Below are positions 1 through 10,598 of a stretch of 64,000 nucleotides of DNA, in pieces. The notes beneath the pieces are model-generated. The model saw nothing but the letters and a program-made list of their open reading frames with translations, had not been told where the DNA came from and searched no databases. Both the position numbers and the translations under genes were made by a program. This DNA is from a virus. Numbering within the stretch: the first letter of the stretch is position 1; each line of letters opens with the position of its first letter. Where the stretch lies: IMG/VR virus record IMGVR_UViG_3300031227_000013; one strand, 5' to 3'.

Positions 1-555
1 GTCCATTTCTTTTTCTTCGGCTGTCTTTTCAACTGCCGGAGCTGCTACTGGAGCTGCTACTGGAGCTGCTTCCTGTTTACTCTCAGCGTATTTGGACAAA
101 ATGAGATTGCCAAGATCCTGAGCTTTCTTTAATTCGTTAGTCATGTCTTTTTCCTCAGCTACTTTCATTTTCTCGGCTTCAACAGCACTCGGTGTATCGA
201 TCTTGGCACTTTCAACAGGGCCTTGATTAATATCCCCAGCGGCTCGTTCGTTATCCACCTTTTCGTTATTCTCTGCTTTCGGCTCTTCTACATCAGTAGC
301 TGCGATAGCTCCCGCTAAATCCCCTGATTTTTCTTTTCCGAATGCACCTTCACTTGCCTTTTCCTCTTCCTTAGTCTTGTCAGGATCGTTAACTACACTA
401 CCCTCGACAGATGCTGGAACGGTTCCGGCAGCTTCACCTCCGGTATCAGAAGTCGTGACAGTTATCGGAGATTCTTCCGCTGTCTTTTCTTCTTTTACTT
501 CGGTGAGGAAACTGTCGATAAAGGACAAAGTCTGTTCATCACTAATTTTTTGCAT
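1..555 (-). CDS. Acidic low-complexity scaffold-like head protein (partial, runs off window start)
   Basis: Translated by hand (not in ORF track): ATG at 555 after CAGGAG RBS, MQKISDEQTLSFIDSFLTEVKEEKTAEESP..., open to position 1; E/A/P-rich with EKTA motifs; directly downstream of the putative prohead protease. Confidence 0.6.
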   Translation of the reverse strand, partial: MQKISDEQTLSFIDSFLTEVKEEKTAEESPITVTTSDTGGEAAGTVPASVEGSVVNDPDKTKEEEKASEGAFGKEKSGDLAGAIAATDVEEPKAENNEKVDNERAAGDINQGPVESAKIDTPSAVEAEKMKVAEEKDMTNELKKAQDLGNLILSKYAESKQEAAPVAAPVAAPAVEKTAEEKEMD

Positions 556-657
556 GGCAAAAAACTCCTGTTAATTAATTTAACCTTTTCTTTACAATAA
601 GCTAAAAAAAGCCTAATTGCAACTAAATTGTCTACCATGGTAGAAAATTGATACTTT

Positions 658-2112
658 TTATACAACTTTCTGCACAACAGCCAATTTCTGAACATCTTCT
701 TCCTTATCCCTACAAAAGGACAGCAAGTACTTACCGTACTCTCTAGCGAGGAAATTGGCGGGACCACTAACAGCTTCCGAAGAAGCTTTCTTAATAGTCT
801 CAACCGACGGTCCCGACCCGGGCTCCTTACGAATCATCGATACTGTGATGCGTTTCCTAAGGGGCTCGTCTGCCAGAGAATGGGACTCGGTCAAACCGCC
901 AACTTCGTCTTTTATGTTTCGGAGAAGACATGGTGCTCCGTCATACGTACCGTCCCCCAGGAACTCGTCCAGCCCGTCGTTTGATTCTATATCCCTAAAA
1001 AGACTCGGCATCTTAGACTTCGCCTCTTTAATATGAGGTTCAATCTCGTCTGCTTTGTTTCCGAGAGCGAGCTTAAAAAATAACTCTAAAGGTAAAACTA
1101 CCTTCGCTCTACCCATCTCGGACAAGGACTGATCTGTGTCAGCCCCTAATTTAGATAATACATTAGGCGATATTTCATCAAATCCGGAGCCACCGCAAAA
1201 AGCGTACTTAGCTATTCCTAGAGGGCTGTCATCGGACACCCCGTCAATTACTTCTTCCATAGCGGCAAGTTTCTTAAGAACCTGCCTTCTGTCATATTTT
1301 TTACCGGTAAGGTAGATGTCCGTGAATTCGACAGGAATCGAATAGCGAGACATTTCGGCGAGTTCCGCGGAAGATACAACTCCGTTAGCTACTTTACGCA
1401 GTCCGAAGGCAATCTTATCCGCAGGCCGGAACACTCCACTAATATCGTGGAATCCGGGTTTATCATTATAGACAAATACCTGATTGGCATTCTTGTCCAT
1501 TTGAAGCATTTCATTTTTCATGTGATGACAGTACTGGTCTCTTGTAGTTGATACGTTGTTACATATCGAACAGATATCGTATGGAACCCCAGCCCCAATA
1601 CTGAAATAAATCGATTCATCGTTAGCGAGTTTATTAAGTTCACTTTCCCACTTATTATTATCCAGTTCAACAATAAGTTCTCCCCGTTCCATCTTAGGGT
1701 TATATGTTTCAAATTTAATTGAACCGCTGGATTTATTCTTATCCTTATTATCCTTGTGATGTTTGTATACAGCCCCGGTCTTCATAAAGGTCTTATGATA
1801 CTCTTTAAGACCTCCTGCCAGCATCCTTTTAGAAGAGGCTCCTTTTTTAGGATGCGGGAAAGTAACTTCTCTAGCTTCTTTATTAAAAAAGTCAGAGTTA
1901 TTATTACTTCCATATGTTTCCCCAGCCCCAGTAGTAATTAGATGGATACAGGTCTTACCCTTTTCAGGTTTTATCTGATCTTTGATATCGTCAAACATAG
2001 CAGCCCTTTTAGACATCCAGTTACTGTCTATACCTTTAGAATGGATCTCTATAAGCTTCGCTGTGGGTTCGTCCATATTGAAACTGTGTGGCTGTATAAG
2101 TTTAGTTATCAT
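658..2112 (-). CDS. Putative prohead (head maturation) protease
   Basis: Motifs HLITTGAGETYGSNNNSDFF, SIGAGVPYDICSICNN...YCHH and FHDISGVFRPADKIA resemble large-phage head protease domains; context among head genes. Confidence 0.6.
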   Translation of the reverse strand: MITKLIQPHSFNMDEPTAKLIEIHSKGIDSNWMSKRAAMFDDIKDQIKPEKGKTCIHLITTGAGETYGSNNNSDFFNKEAREVTFPHPKKGASSKRMLAGGLKEYHKTFMKTGAVYKHHKDNKDKNKSSGSIKFETYNPKMERGELIVELDNNKWESELNKLANDESIYFSIGAGVPYDICSICNNVSTTRDQYCHHMKNEMLQMDKNANQVFVYNDKPGFHDISGVFRPADKIAFGLRKVANGVVSSAELAEMSRYSIPVEFTDIYLTGKKYDRRQVLKKLAAMEEVIDGVSDDSPLGIAKYAFCGGSGFDEISPNVLSKLGADTDQSLSEMGRAKVVLPLELFFKLALGNKADEIEPHIKEAKSKMPSLFRDIESNDGLDEFLGDGTYDGAPCLLRNIKDEVGGLTESHSLADEPLRKRITVSMIRKEPGSGPSVETIKKASSEAVSGPANFLAREYGKYLLSFCRDKEEDVQKLAVVQKVV

Positions 2113-3391
2113 TTTTGCCCGCTAGTTGACTGACTGGTATACTCACATTAGTTGTTTTATTCTCTTCTGTGCGAGGTTCCGCAGGTTTAGACTTCTTATC
2201 CCCATATATAGAAGACATCATATCGACATGCTGCTTCTGGGAGCCTGTGCGGGCTGTTTCTGCCTGCATCATATCTTTAAGCTCGAACGGGTCTGCTGCT
2301 TTACCCTGTGTAAGCATTCTGCGCATAGAAGCACGCATCCATGCTTTGTTGTTAGCCAGAGAAGGCGTGGTATCTGCTACCTCGTTGTACATATCGATAA
2401 CATCCTCGAAAGGATACGATTTTATAATCGGATCGAATCTGTACAGTGTATATAAAGTTTTCTTAGCTTGTAGGTCTTTAAGGTAGTTATCCCATACAGG
2501 ACTCATACCTGTCTGCGGATCTACAAAGCCTTCCTGTTCGGGGGCTTTAGTTTTAGCTTTTCCCTGCGGAACACCTGCACCTATAAGACTTAGGAGGTCA
2601 GCGTCAGCCTGCTTATCGAAGCTATCGATATCTCTGGAAGTCTTTACAAGATTCTTTCCGTGTTCGAAAGCGTTAGCTACAGATATAAAAGGTTCGCACG
2701 CGGGGAAGACAGCAGCGTGTGCTGTTTTTTCCACGACGGGTAAACACTCTTTAAACATCCGCTTGTTAACATCGTTTATAAATTTAACCCCTTGCTCTCC
2801 GTGTGCATTGACGATGAGTCGGGCTGTTTTCTTAAGGTCTTTTTCCGGAGCTACCTGACAGTATTCGGCTACTTTACGTATAGCCGTCTCCAGGTTGTCC
2901 CTCTCCGAAGCGTATTTATTAAACATATCGGACTGAATCTGTCTGCTTAGATACGTAAATTCTGTAGCTTCTTTAAAGACACTTCCGGGATCTCTTTCAC
3001 AGGAGCTTACTCTCGGAACAGTTTTCTTTTCTTCCGTAGCTGTCTTCTCCAGTACTGTATACGAGCGTGTCGTCGAATAGTTTCTCATCGAGAAAGATCC
3101 GTCGGATGCCTGTTTCTCTACAGTTCCGTAAATACCCTGAATAATAGTTTTTGAATCTGCCAGAGGAAAATCCCCAGCCCTATTTTCAGACGAAGCTTTT
3201 TTCAGGAATGCGACAGACTTGGCCTTATTATATGTCTCGGACACTCTGCATATTTCCTGAGGAGTGAGCTGAAATTCTTTAGCTACCTTTGTTAATACAA
3301 GATTCGGATCCATACCGGCTCTTGAAAGGTTAGCCGCTTTGTCTAAGGATTTCAGTAATCTTTTTTCATTGCTTTTAGACATTTTTTCCAT
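2102..3391 (-). CDS. Hypothetical virion-associated protein with several KxA motifs
   Basis: 429 aa ORF tightly packed with neighbours; EKQAS, EKTAT, EKTAH and DKQAD motifs. Confidence 0.6.
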   Translation of the reverse strand: MEKMSKSNEKRLLKSLDKAANLSRAGMDPNLVLTKVAKEFQLTPQEICRVSETYNKAKSVAFLKKASSENRAGDFPLADSKTIIQGIYGTVEKQASDGSFSMRNYSTTRSYTVLEKTATEEKKTVPRVSSCERDPGSVFKEATEFTYLSRQIQSDMFNKYASERDNLETAIRKVAEYCQVAPEKDLKKTARLIVNAHGEQGVKFINDVNKRMFKECLPVVEKTAHAAVFPACEPFISVANAFEHGKNLVKTSRDIDSFDKQADADLLSLIGAGVPQGKAKTKAPEQEGFVDPQTGMSPVWDNYLKDLQAKKTLYTLYRFDPIIKSYPFEDVIDMYNEVADTTPSLANNKAWMRASMRRMLTQGKAADPFELKDMMQAETARTGSQKQHVDMMSSIYGDKKSKPAEPRTEENKTTNVSIPVSQLAGKNDN

Positions 3392-3398
3392 TTTGAGC

Positions 3399-4223
3399 CT
3401 ACCGCTTCTTTTTAGTTAATCTTGCTTCTTTCTCTGTACTTTTAATTTTATCCGGATCAGCCAGTACGACTAACCCTTCCACCTCTTTAACAGCCTTTAT
3501 GATAGCTGCATCATCTTCCGAAGGACCTCCGTCTACCTGTCCTGCTGACGGTGATGCTGTTGAACCAAGATCCAGATTCTGTTTTTCAAGCAGAACTTTC
3601 AAATCATTATCAGGAGTCTCGTCTATCAATGTATATCTTTTAAACGTCGTCCACCAAGCTGTCTGTGCCTGCATATTGACTCGATCTGTATCATAATCCT
3701 GTTTATCCGAACGGGTCATCTTAGACCTGTTAAACACAGTTGAATCAAAAAATTCAAATCCCATGATACCTGCTATATACTTCCAGCCCATATCATATCG
3801 CTCTACATTCTTAATGGATTCACATAATCCGGATATATTTCTAATATATACCTTTTTTGTGTCTTTGTCACGTACATCGAAAAATAATTTACAGAATGTG
3901 TTTACTATTTCCGGTTTTTCTATGTACGCGTAATCCGCTATCTCCTTATCAGATAAGTCTGTCAGGGCCAGTGCTTCTATAACCCATCTGGGGCTGAACT
4001 GGTCTTCCCTGTAAAATATCATTCTTGCGTCATGTATAAACGGGTATTTCTTACGGGCTCCCGTTTTATGAGCAGCATCGTAAAATAAGTATTCGGTATA
4101 TTTTACGATAAACTTATCTTCGTTCTCTTCGAACTCGACCTTATCGAAATCGAAAGCCCCTGATTGCTTCCTGTAATCACCCGCCAAATTATGACGCCAC
4201 TCTGGACGTCTATTTGGGTTCAT
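3399..4223 (-). CDS. Hypothetical protein
   Basis: 274 aa ORF in an operon-like arrangement. Confidence 0.6.
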   Translation of the reverse strand: MNPNRRPEWRHNLAGDYRKQSGAFDFDKVEFEENEDKFIVKYTEYLFYDAAHKTGARKKYPFIHDARMIFYREDQFSPRWVIEALALTDLSDKEIADYAYIEKPEIVNTFCKLFFDVRDKDTKKVYIRNISGLCESIKNVERYDMGWKYIAGIMGFEFFDSTVFNRSKMTRSDKQDYDTDRVNMQAQTAWWTTFKRYTLIDETPDNDLKVLLEKQNLDLGSTASPSAGQVDGGPSEDDAAIIKAVKEVEGLVVLADPDKIKSTEKEARLTKKKR

Positions 4224-4238
4224 GTTAAATACCCTCTG

Positions 4239-6527
4239 TTATTCTACGTTTCCTAAATCTTCTGACAGATCTCCTCGTTCTCCACTGAATAGAGATTCGA
4301 AATCTACTGATTTTTCTTTAAGGAAAAGAACTAAGTCGCCTGTGGATTCAAAAACTTCTCTCAATGATTCTTCCAACTCAACCAGTTCCTGATTTCCGTA
4401 TTGGTCTCTGAACTCTTCTTCATGCCAGTAGAACATAAATAACATTCTACCGAGTCTGTCCATCGCTTTAATAAGATCGGTCACATATGTCCCCATCAAC
4501 TCCAGAGAATGCGAAGTACCTGCAAGAGAAGCCAGAATAGATGTATCCATAACTTCCTTTACTCCCTTGTTGGAAGCGCCTACAGCTGTTTCCAGAGCTT
4601 GTGCTGGCATGTCGTCGTATTCTATTTCCCTCGGAGCTTCGCTTGATGCAGAAGGATTATCCCGTGGGTCTCCGGCATTGAGGTCGTTTAGATCTGCCTG
4701 TTTTACAAAGTATCGTTTAGAGACAGGAATACCGCCTCTGTCTGTAGCCTCTTTAATCATCTTCTTAGCGAGAGATGCCTGAATACCCTGATTGGATATC
4801 AGATTAAGCAGAGCAGCATTCTTATTAAGATTATAAGTCTGCTCTTTAGTAGAGGTAATAGAGTATCCGTTACGGTCTGAATAGATCTTAAGATCCATAA
4901 GGTTAGCACTCTTACGCATGTGATACATGAATGTATTGACGTCCCCTAATGTATAAGGACAGGTATCTCCTTCGAAGAAAGCTGCGCCTTCCGGAACATA
5001 CACCATATTCTTATCGACAATCAAACGTCCGTCTTTACCTGTAAATCGGATATGTGCATCGCTATCTCCGATCTTTAAAGTATCTCCGGTGTGTTTGGTA
5101 GTGGTGCTGTATGGATAGTCGATGATAATAGCGTTGTGCTTCTTATCGATGACTAAGCATGTACTGAATTTAGCATCAATATATTTCTGACGTGTGAACT
5201 TCTGCAGATTCTTCATCTTGTTGTACAGATCGTCCGGAAGTCTAGCTGAAGGTTTACACAGTACATCTCTTGTTTTAGCACTGTAGTATTTATCGGGGTG
5301 AGCAAGATCGACCAGACATATCTTAGAATCCAGCCCGGTGGAACTTCTCCGACAGTAACTAGGACTTTTGTCGTCCGAGTAAGTTCTACTTTTAACCTGT
5401 TTGTTCGGGAATATGATAAGCATTGGAATGCCTGTCCCGTCAGCCAGAAGAACTTCGAAAAGTCCTGTTGAAGTAGGATTACTGTATGTGCCTGTGTTTA
5501 CTTCCGTATTAAATACAGTTGAAGTATCAGAACGTTTATCCTTTACAAAGATACCGTCCCGCATTAAAATTTCTTTTTCCTTATCCGTCAATGTTGACGC
5601 CTCGGCACTTGAAGGGCTGGTGATAACGGTAAGCTCGTCTGTCTTCATAGACTTTTTAGAACCGTCTACCTTAGCATCTTCGGGGACATCCGTAGTCTTT
5701 TCTTTAACTCCTTTAATAGCTTCGTTGTCGGAAGGTATTTCTTCGTCCGGAGTAGGAAGAACTATCGTTGTCTCTGTCTTGGTGTCTGTAGTCTCCATAG
5801 ACTCTATAATAGCTTTAGCCAGGAGATTCTCTGCATCGTCAGCCTTGTCTGTAAGTTCTGTTTCGGGCTGTTCAGGATCTATTTTCTTATCTTCCTTCTT
5901 ATCGATGCTCTTAGCATTCAGATCGATCTGTTCGGCCATCTTACGAAGATCAGCAGGAGTATAAAAATTAAATACGGCATTAGCGAACTCGCCGTTATTT
6001 TCCATGGATTTAACAAAGGATACAAAGGCTGTCTTACCCAGCTTAGGCAGTTCAGTCTTAAGGTCGCTCTGTAATTCAGCGAACTTTGTGAACATCTTTT
6101 TAACTGTATCGTTGTCTATAAGAGAGTTCTGTTCGTTGGATATCTTCTCGTGCGGAGACATTACCAAGTCTATCATGTCAGGTCTCTGCAGTTTAAGGTC
6201 TTTCTTGTCCACTCCATTACCCAGCAGTTTCATTTCCCCCTTCTGTATGAAGGAAATCCAGCTGTCCTTTAGAGGGACGAACATATCTTTATTTTTGACA
6301 TACAGCATCTCCAGCCCTTTTAGAGCTCCTTTAATGAAAAAGGCGGGAGCATATAACCACTGCCCGTCAACGATGAATGCCATTACCCCTACACCTTTAT
6401 CCTGTGTGTCATTGACATCGATCAATTGAAAACCGACTCTGTTTGGATACAGGGAGGGGACCTTCTCCTGTAGACGTGTGTCCACAAGCTGCGCGAACTT
6501 CAGTTCGAAATTAGAGTCGAAAGCCAT
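4239..6527 (-). CDS. Large hypothetical (probably virion) protein
   Basis: 762 aa ORF with AAGGA RBS, an acidic linker and KSAN/KQAD motifs. Confidence 0.6.
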   Translation of the reverse strand: MAFDSNFELKFAQLVDTRLQEKVPSLYPNRVGFQLIDVNDTQDKGVGVMAFIVDGQWLYAPAFFIKGALKGLEMLYVKNKDMFVPLKDSWISFIQKGEMKLLGNGVDKKDLKLQRPDMIDLVMSPHEKISNEQNSLIDNDTVKKMFTKFAELQSDLKTELPKLGKTAFVSFVKSMENNGEFANAVFNFYTPADLRKMAEQIDLNAKSIDKKEDKKIDPEQPETELTDKADDAENLLAKAIIESMETTDTKTETTIVLPTPDEEIPSDNEAIKGVKEKTTDVPEDAKVDGSKKSMKTDELTVITSPSSAEASTLTDKEKEILMRDGIFVKDKRSDTSTVFNTEVNTGTYSNPTSTGLFEVLLADGTGIPMLIIFPNKQVKSRTYSDDKSPSYCRRSSTGLDSKICLVDLAHPDKYYSAKTRDVLCKPSARLPDDLYNKMKNLQKFTRQKYIDAKFSTCLVIDKKHNAIIIDYPYSTTTKHTGDTLKIGDSDAHIRFTGKDGRLIVDKNMVYVPEGAAFFEGDTCPYTLGDVNTFMYHMRKSANLMDLKIYSDRNGYSITSTKEQTYNLNKNAALLNLISNQGIQASLAKKMIKEATDRGGIPVSKRYFVKQADLNDLNAGDPRDNPSASSEAPREIEYDDMPAQALETAVGASNKGVKEVMDTSILASLAGTSHSLELMGTYVTDLIKAMDRLGRMLFMFYWHEEEFRDQYGNQELVELEESLREVFESTGDLVLFLKEKSVDFESLFSGERGDLSEDLGNVE

Positions 6528-6556
6528 CTTTTAAATCCTTGTTTGTTGTGTTAGAT

Positions 6557-6919
6557 TTATTTATTTATTGAATTAAGTAAATTAAGACCTTTAATATTCA
6601 TAAGCTTCTGAGCTTTTGCCGGTGCTGCTTTTAATTCATGACGAACACCTTTAGCCATACCTGTTAAATCCTTTACTATACCGGGTGAAGCTGTGTGTTT
6701 AAGCTCTGGAGTTAGAGCTTTTAAAAAACCCGACTTCCGATTAAGTATTTTTGCTTCAAGATTTGTTAATGCTCTTGTAGCCATATTTCCAGGTAATAAA
6801 TTAGGGGACCTTCCACTTTTGGCTCCACGTTCCGCTAATCTTTTAAGCCATCTAATAAGGGGTTCTCCACGAGCTGCTTCCTTCTCCATATACCCTTTAT
6901 AGTATGCTAGTTTGTTCAT
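6557..6919 (-). CDS. Leader-family protein (MNKLAYYKGYMEKEA), basic cargo
   Basis: Shared N-terminal leader. Confidence 0.7.
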   Translation of the reverse strand: MNKLAYYKGYMEKEAARGEPLIRWLKRLAERGAKSGRSPNLLPGNMATRALTNLEAKILNRKSGFLKALTPELKHTASPGIVKDLTGMAKGVRHELKAAPAKAQKLMNIKGLNLLNSINK

Positions 6920-6951
6920 TTCTTCTTGTCCTTCTTAATATTTTTATATAA

Positions 6952-7605
6952 TTATGTTAAATTTACCTTGTACTTCATCTTCAATTGAGGATTAGACCTA
7001 CTTAATTCAAGTAGTTTTTTCAGTCTATAAGATCTCATTTTCTGCTCAGAAGTTGCCTTCTCATTTCTTATGCCGAATGGTCCTGACATGATATTATTAA
7101 AATACTTCTTCATTTCCCTATTCTTCTTCTGCCATTCAGGATTGGCTGCTAAATCTGGATGTACTCCAGCTGAACCATACCTAGTTTCTTGTCCTGATTT
7201 TGCACCTTGCTTAGCTCCCCCAATAGGATCTTTAGCTGTTTGAGCTCCTATTGTTGCTCCGACAGTTATTGGATTAAATGCCTCTTTCTCCATAACAGGT
7301 CGAGGTGTATGTTTTCCAAATACTAATGGAATACTCCTTTTCAATGAATTACTCCATCCTAAGTTTCCTTTAGAAATATTACCTATATCCACTTTAAAAT
7401 CATGTATGCTTTTATCTACATTTTCTGGAACTTCCTTTGCTATACCTCCTGCTACTCCTCCAGTTACAAAATCTCGTAACCATGATGCAGACCTCTGCTT
7501 CAGTTCCCTATTACGCATATGCCTATCAAGTTCTTCCTGTCGTGTAGGCATAATCCCTAAAGCTTCCTTCTCCATATACCCTTTATAGTATGCTAGTTTG
7601 TTCAT
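6952..7605 (-). CDS. Leader-family protein (MNKLAYYKGYMEKEA)
   Basis: Leader DNA is identical to that of 6557..6919; internal VMEKEAF motif. Confidence 0.7.
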   Translation of the reverse strand: MNKLAYYKGYMEKEALGIMPTRQEELDRHMRNRELKQRSASWLRDFVTGGVAGGIAKEVPENVDKSIHDFKVDIGNISKGNLGWSNSLKRSIPLVFGKHTPRPVMEKEAFNPITVGATIGAQTAKDPIGGAKQGAKSGQETRYGSAGVHPDLAANPEWQKKNREMKKYFNNIMSGPFGIRNEKATSEQKMRSYRLKKLLELSRSNPQLKMKYKVNLT

Positions 7606-9890
7606 TTTCTTTTGTCCTTAATATTTTTATATAGTTCTTGTCCACTGACAACACTCGGGATATATGATGTGCCTCCCCCTTCTGATGTGGCTCCTTTTTG
7701 AGCTGCATCTAAAAAAGACTTCTTAAGATCGAATCCTCCGAGGCGTGTTACCCAGTCCGGATCTGTTGATACAATGTCCCGGACACGGGATACAAACGGT
7801 TCAAATGGAGGGACATCCCTGTGTACTACTATATTACCTGTTTTAGCAGAAGACAACTTTTTTGCGACATTAGCTGTGATTTTAGTGCCTATAGAATAAT
7901 GCAGTACCGGTTTCTCCAGATACATTCCTACCGACTGTTTAGGATTCTGTAACGTCGAAGTAGGTCTGGGTCTATAATCTCTGACAACATCGTCGTAGGG
8001 TATAACATCGTTAATAAAATGTCCTTCGTATCCGTTAGGATCCGTTACCCGAACTCTGTTTATAAATCCACGGGAGATAGCTTCTATATTACGTCTATGG
8101 TTACCAGCCCCGTTATCCTTTAAAATCTTATTGTACCTCTCTGTGAAGTAGCGTCTGCCCTCTCCGATGCCTTTGTATTTGACAACCTCTCCTGGATTAG
8201 GAACTCCGGAAGATAAAGCATCTCCCGCTTCCATACGCTGTCCTGTCTTTACTTCTAACTTTCTATCTCCGGGTACATAATGTTCCTCGGAGTTGATATG
8301 TACATACCAGCCCCCTTGTGGAGCATCTTCTATCTTTCCTATGGAACCGTCTGTAGAAGCTAATGTAGCGGAGCCTATAAAATTCTTAGGAACCTGTACG
8401 AACTGGTCTATCTCTTTAAACCCTGTTACCTTCTTATCGTCTTCTCCGACAACCCCACCACTATGTTTACTGCTGTTGGATACTATCATTCCGTTAGCCA
8501 ATACAAAGAGATGATCTCTGCTATCTACTTCGAGATCGTATGTCTGTACTTCTCTGAGTCCTTCGCAATAACTCATCCAGCCCAGTACATTCTCTCCGGA
8601 CCTTTTAAATATAGCTGTGCCCAGAGACAGCAGAGGAATTATTTTATGTTTATTAAGTTCGCAGTCCCCCATAGGGAAGCCTAGTACTTTATGTTCCTTG
8701 GTAGCTATTAGATATTCACTGAATTTAACATCCAGACTTGCGAATATAGTATGGTAGCATTCTTTGATACCGTTGTTAAAAACGTTAAGAACTTTTACAG
8801 GGGATGTATTACATTGTACATCAGACCCCATAACAGATTCTCCAACCTGTATATCCTTGATCTTCCTGACAGATCCGTCTGCCATTCTTACAAGAGTGTT
8901 TTCTTCTAAACATAGTCCTGCCTGTGTAGTAGGTTCCGCGATAGCTCTGGCAGCTGTAACTCCTACAGCATCCCCTATATCAGGGAATTCTCCCCCTTCT
9001 CTGCGTCCGGAACATTTAGAACATATTCCTGTAGCGGCCTGACAGGTAGCTGCGGAACGCACATAAACAGGTTGGTCTTCCAGTAAAGGAAGATGTTCCT
9101 TATTTATTTCTGTTCCTGCAGGTAATCCGTTAACAGGTTTAGCGAGAATAGATCCGACATTGTCCGAATCATCCCCGTCTACTTCCAGCCCGACCTCTTG
9201 TGCTCCGCAATCATTCTCTGTAACTACTACTCTATGTGCGGCTTGTGTTAACTGCTTACCAAAATACCCACTGTCTGCTGTAGCGAACTGTACATCGCTA
9301 TACCCTTTTCTAGAGCCATACGAAGCGGCCCAGTATTCAATCGGAGACACACCCTCTCCATACCCGTGGAGTCCCGGAATAGGGACAGGTTTATTTTTAT
9401 GGTCGAGAACGAGCATGTCTCCGAACATTAGCTGCATGAGCTGGGCTGTGTTACCTCTAGCCCCTACACGAACCTGCTCTGTGAAACTGTTTTTGCCTCC
9501 GCCCGATCTTAGAAGGAGATTCTGAACTTTCTTCATTTCGGGAACAAGCAGTTTAACTATTTTTTCGCCCTTCTGATCGGAAGTTAGAGTCGGGCTGTTA
9601 GCTATCCTGGCAACATCGTCTCTGTATTTATTTCTGAGCTGTTTAATGGCAGGGGGCAGTTTAAGATCGTTAAGAGATAAACTTGCGGTCCTGCCATAGT
9701 CATTGACAGCCATTCGGGATACATCGCTTACCTTCTGTAAGGTATCTATATATCCATCGGGGTCGTCTTCAGCTACACTTGATAACAGAGCAGACAGAGA
9801 CTTCTTATCGAGTTCTCTGCCTTCATCTCTGTATTTCTCAGGAAGCGCTCTGTTAAAAAGCACTTTACCTATTGTTGTAGTATCGGGCAT
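7602..9890 (-). CDS. rpoC: DNA-directed RNA polymerase beta' C-terminal subunit, with mini-intein
   Basis: TTIGKVLFN, GARGNTAQLMQL, SYGSRKGYSDVQFATADSGYFGKQL (bridge helix), DCG...RSAATC...ICSKC Zn site, trigger loop EPTTQAGL/SSKHSGG, VTGFKEIDQF (cf. ITGGLPRV). Confidence 0.92.
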   Translation of the reverse strand: MPDTTTIGKVLFNRALPEKYRDEGRELDKKSLSALLSSVAEDDPDGYIDTLQKVSDVSRMAVNDYGRTASLSLNDLKLPPAIKQLRNKYRDDVARIANSPTLTSDQKGEKIVKLLVPEMKKVQNLLLRSGGGKNSFTEQVRVGARGNTAQLMQLMFGDMLVLDHKNKPVPIPGLHGYGEGVSPIEYWAASYGSRKGYSDVQFATADSGYFGKQLTQAAHRVVVTENDCGAQEVGLEVDGDDSDNVGSILAKPVNGLPAGTEINKEHLPLLEDQPVYVRSAATCQAATGICSKCSGRREGGEFPDIGDAVGVTAARAIAEPTTQAGLCLEENTLVRMADGSVRKIKDIQVGESVMGSDVQCNTSPVKVLNVFNNGIKECYHTIFASLDVKFSEYLIATKEHKVLGFPMGDCELNKHKIIPLLSLGTAIFKRSGENVLGWMSYCEGLREVQTYDLEVDSRDHLFVLANGMIVSNSSKHSGGVVGEDDKKVTGFKEIDQFVQVPKNFIGSATLASTDGSIGKIEDAPQGGWYVHINSEEHYVPGDRKLEVKTGQRMEAGDALSSGVPNPGEVVKYKGIGEGRRYFTERYNKILKDNGAGNHRRNIEAISRGFINRVRVTDPNGYEGHFINDVIPYDDVVRDYRPRPTSTLQNPKQSVGMYLEKPVLHYSIGTKITANVAKKLSSAKTGNIVVHRDVPPFEPFVSRVRDIVSTDPDWVTRLGGFDLKKSFLDAAQKGATSEGGGTSYIPSVVSGQELYKNIKDKRK
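8475..8912 (-). mobile_element. Mini-intein (146 aa) in the beta'-C trigger loop
   Basis: Starts CLEENTLVRMADG, ends TYDLEVDSRDHLFVLANGMIVSN, followed by Ser; no endonuclease domain. Confidence 0.9.
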
Positions 9891-10588
9891 TATACTCCAA
9901 GTAGTTTTTTTAAACTTTTCTCTGTCATTACTTCTTCGGGTAGCTTCTTAGAAACTATCCCTCCCATTTTTAGCGCAGCCTTATTAGAGACTCTAGTTTT
10001 TCCATATTTAAATCCGGGAAGAACCTTTTCCAACATTGGACGACTGCTATCTATATTCCTCATATGAGTAAAAAAATCTTTAACAGCTTTATATTTTTTA
10101 GGTAAAGAAGCTATCATATTACTTTCCTGAATAACTACTTCAGGCCCTCTATGCCCATGCCATAATTGAAAGGGTTTAGATAAGACCTGTTTACGTTCTA
10201 ATCCCTCATGCATAACTGAAAGGCGATTAATCATTTCTCTATTTATAGGTATTTTTGCATCGGGGTTAAAAAAATTCACCGCTGGGATATTTAAGATATC
10301 TCCTCTGGATATTATCTTACCTGGAGGAACATTAGGCATTTTAGGCATTTTCTTTCTTAAAACAGATGGAATATTTTGAGATGTTATAGCCCCTATACTA
10401 ATCAATGGCTCTTTATTACTAGACAATATTTTTTTAGTAAATCCTGTGAGGTTGGTATTCTCATTTATAAAAGGAGCTCGTCTAATCCAATCCCCTGACC
10501 GTCTAAGGAGTTTAGAGGCTTTACGGACTCCTTTTATATCTATAGCTTTCTTTTCAAGATATCCTATATGAAATGCTAATTTATTCAT
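9890..10588 (-). CDS. Leader-family protein (MNKLAFHIGYLEKKA), basic cargo
   Basis: Shared leader. Confidence 0.65.
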   Translation of the reverse strand: MNKLAFHIGYLEKKAIDIKGVRKASKLLRRSGDWIRRAPFINENTNLTGFTKKILSSNKEPLISIGAITSQNIPSVLRKKMPKMPNVPPGKIISRGDILNIPAVNFFNPDAKIPINREMINRLSVMHEGLERKQVLSKPFQLWHGHRGPEVVIQESNMIASLPKKYKAVKDFFTHMRNIDSSRPMLEKVLPGFKYGKTRVSNKAALKMGGIVSKKLPEEVMTEKSLKKLLGV

Positions 10589-10598
10589 TCGACATTAT

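Noticed and set aside
570-612. Eighth copy of the conserved promoter
   Set aside because: It has TTTTAGCT and TTAATTAA but lacks the TTGG-CATWAT element at 17-nt spacing
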